From Eledone cirrhosa (lineage: Eukaryota), in the NCBI GenBank assembly GCA_964016885.1, contig OZ024763.1, forward strand, positions 12,772,001 through 12,836,000: a stretch of DNA of 64,000 nt, written 5' to 3'. A program made the position numbers and the translations under genes. The notes below the pieces were generated by a model. The model was not told where the DNA came from. It did not search any database and saw nothing but the letters and a program-made list of their open reading frames with translations. Numbering within the stretch: position 1 is the first letter of the stretch; each line of letters opens with the position of its first letter. Shown piece by piece: positions 61,013 through 64,000 of the stretch.

Positions 61013-61830
61013 GTATGTGTATATATATATATATATATATGTATGTATATATATGTATATGTATATATGTATGTATATATGTGTATGTATGTATGTGTAT
61101 ATGGATGTGTATGTATGTGTATGTGTGTACACATGGACTAGAGTATGTATGTATATATGTGTGTGTCTATACGTGTGTATATATAAAGATAAGTTGAGTA
61201 TGAAAATGTATACACATGAGCGCGTATGTATGTACATGAATACATGTGTGTATATATATGTGTATGCATGTGTATATATATGTAAGTATGAATATGTGAA
61301 TTGTGAGTATATGTATTTTGTAGAGGTGTGCAAATATATTTGTGTGTGAATGCGTGGGTGAAAGAATACGTACACTTGAAAGAAAAATTTAAGTCTGAAT
61401 GTTAAGTGCAAACACAAAACCAACCACGCATATCTTTACTATCTCTAATCCTTCTATAGATTTAGAAAAATAACCAATAATATATTCTATAAAAAATGTC
61501 AAAACAACAGATGGGAATCTAATTAATCACTGCCACCAAGAATTCTCACTGCTATCGAAAAACCACTCCTTCAACTATTCTTCTAACAACTTCACCCCTT
61601 CCTCCTAATATTCTCTATAAAAACTAAATAGGTCCTCAGTAATATTATTCTGATGAAATGACAGTAAACAATAACATTGAAATATTGAATGTCTGCATAA
61701 CTAAAAGTTTGTAGATAGCTGTTTTAGGTTATGTAACTGTTATAGAAACACGTGTCAATAAATTCCTTTCAACTAAACTGTATCCATTCAAATCTTTCTA
61801 TATATATATATATATATATATAATTTCCGG

Positions 61831-61868
<38 letters not shown>

Positions 61869-61904
61869 AATATAAGATCAAAAGATGGTTAAAAGAGTTC
61901 CAAG

Positions 61905-61975
61905 TATTTTATTATGCGCATTTCAAAAACAAATATCATCATGGGATGATATCTGCGTTCTCATCAGATAAAATA
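61905..61975 (-). ncRNA. Type I hammerhead motif, intact core, long helix II family
   Basis: Reverse complement: tattttat-CTGATGA-gaacgcagatatcat..atgatatttgttttt-GAAA-TGCGCA-TA-ataaaata; 8-bp helix I, palindromic AUGCGCAU; host repeat about 61867-62038. Confidence 0.82.
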
Positions 61976-62121
61976 GGGAGACATGATATGAAACTTAAAA
62001 AACACTTGTGAATAGTGAAGTTTTAAATCAACATATAATAAAACTCATTTGCTAGATATATATATGTATATATATATATATAGAGAGAGAGATAGATAAT
62101 TTCCGGCCCTATATATATATA

Positions 62122-62152
<31 letters not shown>

Positions 62153-62395
62153 GGTGTGTGTGTGAGTGTGTATTTGTGTGTGTGTGTGTATTTGTGTGTA
62201 TTTGTGCGTGCATGTATGTATATGTGTATCTATATGTGTGTGTATGTATATGTGTAAGTGTGTATATATGTGTATGTACATGTGTGTGTATGTATGTATT
62301 TGTGTGTGCATATATGTGTATGTGCGTGTAAACAACCTATTTATATGCCCAACTTATTTTCAGTCAAACAACGTTGATGCTTGTAATTTTCAAAT

Positions 62396-62465
<70 letters not shown>

Positions 62466-63200
62466 AATTTTATTTAAAAAAGCAGCTTAAAATTTTAATT
62501 AATTAATTAAAAATATTGCAATCAATTCTTCCTCCCTGCCTCCTCAAATTCTACAAAGACTGCATGTAAGGTCAGTTTTAATTTAGTTAGTAAACAACAT
62601 ATTAATTCTTAATATTTAATATTATACTGTTGGATAGACTGCAGGGGCGGTAGATTTTTTTTTTGGGGGGGGGGGGGAGCGACAAGGCCCTTCCCCTCCT
62701 AATAATTATATTTTCCTCCTCAAACTTCCAAAACACATCTATTCGTATATGCACTATAATTTATGTACATGTTATGTTTATCGCATATCAAAGTTTGTTA
62801 TATCTTGGTTGATATTTGATAATAACAGCTAAACTAATCACTATAACTAAACTGACCAAATTATACATTTCATATAAATTATATATACACTCTATATATA
62901 CTATATATACTAGCAGAAAAACCACCCCACGGGTGGTCTTCTGCTTGCATGTGTAGTGTGTATATTGATATTATACGCAAGTATATATGCATGTAGATAT
63001 GATACATCAAATAAAATCGTAATTGACAATATACACAGGAATTGAACGAAGACTGCGTTACACTGTCTTCTGTAATCAGTAAAGTAATCCATGATACATT
63101 AAAAAAAGACGATATTATATATAAACCGCATTAGGAGAAAATTAGTGACAGAAATATATGAATATTTATTTAAACGATCGCTAACCGGAAGTGTCACCCA

Positions 63201-63470
63201 GGGTCGATAAAATAAAGTACCAGTAATACACTAGGTAATTGCTGGCCTTGTGCCAAAAGTAGAAACAATTATTATAAGGGCGCTTGATTGGCAGAATCGG
63301 TAGAGGGGCGGACGCCATGCTTTTCAGCATAGAGTTACGGTCCTTTACTTTCTGAGTTCAAATCCTGCCGAGGTTAACTTTGCCTTTCATCCTTACAGGG
63401 TCGATAAAACAAAGTACCAGTAATGCACTGGGTAATTGCTGGCCTTGTGCCAAAAATAGAAACAATTATT
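63201..63470 (+). mobile_element. SINE S1 tail plus full copy in tandem
   Basis: Tail at 63201-63272, head 'ttggcagaatcggtagaggg' at 63287, B box gagttcaaatcc, second tail. Confidence 0.85.
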
Positions 63471-63587
63471 TACTGTGTTAATAATATTAAATATAATATT
63501 CAATAGAATTCCTACCTTTAAATATTCAGACTTTAATCCATCGAAGGGTTTTATTTTCCTCGTCACGTAATTATTTCTCATTTTGGG

Positions 63588-63945
63588 CTTCACTTGAGTT
63601 CTTTTTCAACATGGTTTCCTTTGAGTCGTACTCCATTATAGTTCACTCGAGTCATACTCCAAACTAGCTTTCTTGAGTCGGACTCCAACACAGCTTGACG
63701 TAAGTCGTACTCCATCATAGTTCACTCAAGTCATACTCCAACATAGCTTCACTTGAGTCCTACTCAAACATAGCATCATTTGAGTCATACTTCAACATAG
63801 CTTTACTTGAGTCATACTTTAACACAGCTTGACGCGGGTCGTACTCCAACGTAGCTTCAGTCGAGTCGTACTTTAACATAACTTCACTCGAGTCGTACTC
63901 CAACAAAACTTCACGTAAGTCGTACTCCAACATACCTTCACTCGG
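63588..63945. repeat. 27-bp minisatellite, about 13 diverged copies
   Basis: Consensus gagtcgtactccaacatagcttcactt. Confidence 0.88.
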
Positions 63946-64000
63946 AGTAAAGTCACATCATCAAATGTTTTGTCCTTCAAGTTTTATTTTCCAGTCCTAA

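Noticed and set aside
63588-63945. 27-bp repeat with internal palindrome as a CRISPR array
   Set aside because: Units are contiguous with no unique spacers

Overview
Eukaryotic, non-coding, extremely microsatellite-rich window: (TA)n, (CA)n, (GA)n and trinucleotide tracts, with one 200-N gap. The composition and SINE tail resemble an octopus-type cephalopod genome (inference). Nearly all listed ORFs are translations of simple repeats, and no intact host gene was found. Recognisable content: decayed LINE fragments (CR1-like, RTE-like, L1/Tx1-like), about 11 tRNA-derived SINE copies, hAT- and piggyBac-type MITEs and several minisatellites. Main finding: at 27959-31254, about 7.8 near-identical 422-bp units each carry a type I hammerhead ribozyme motif with a long helix I and a palindromic minimal helix III. 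The array has a short inverted 5' tail and a duplicated flank, so it is a retrozyme/Penelope-like candidate predicted to give 422-nt self-cleaved, possibly circular RNAs. Several other unrelated hammerhead-motif families, intact or decayed, are scattered in TA tracts; some are fold-back palindromes whose axis lies in the ribozyme core. All structures were read by eye and most coordinates are approximate.
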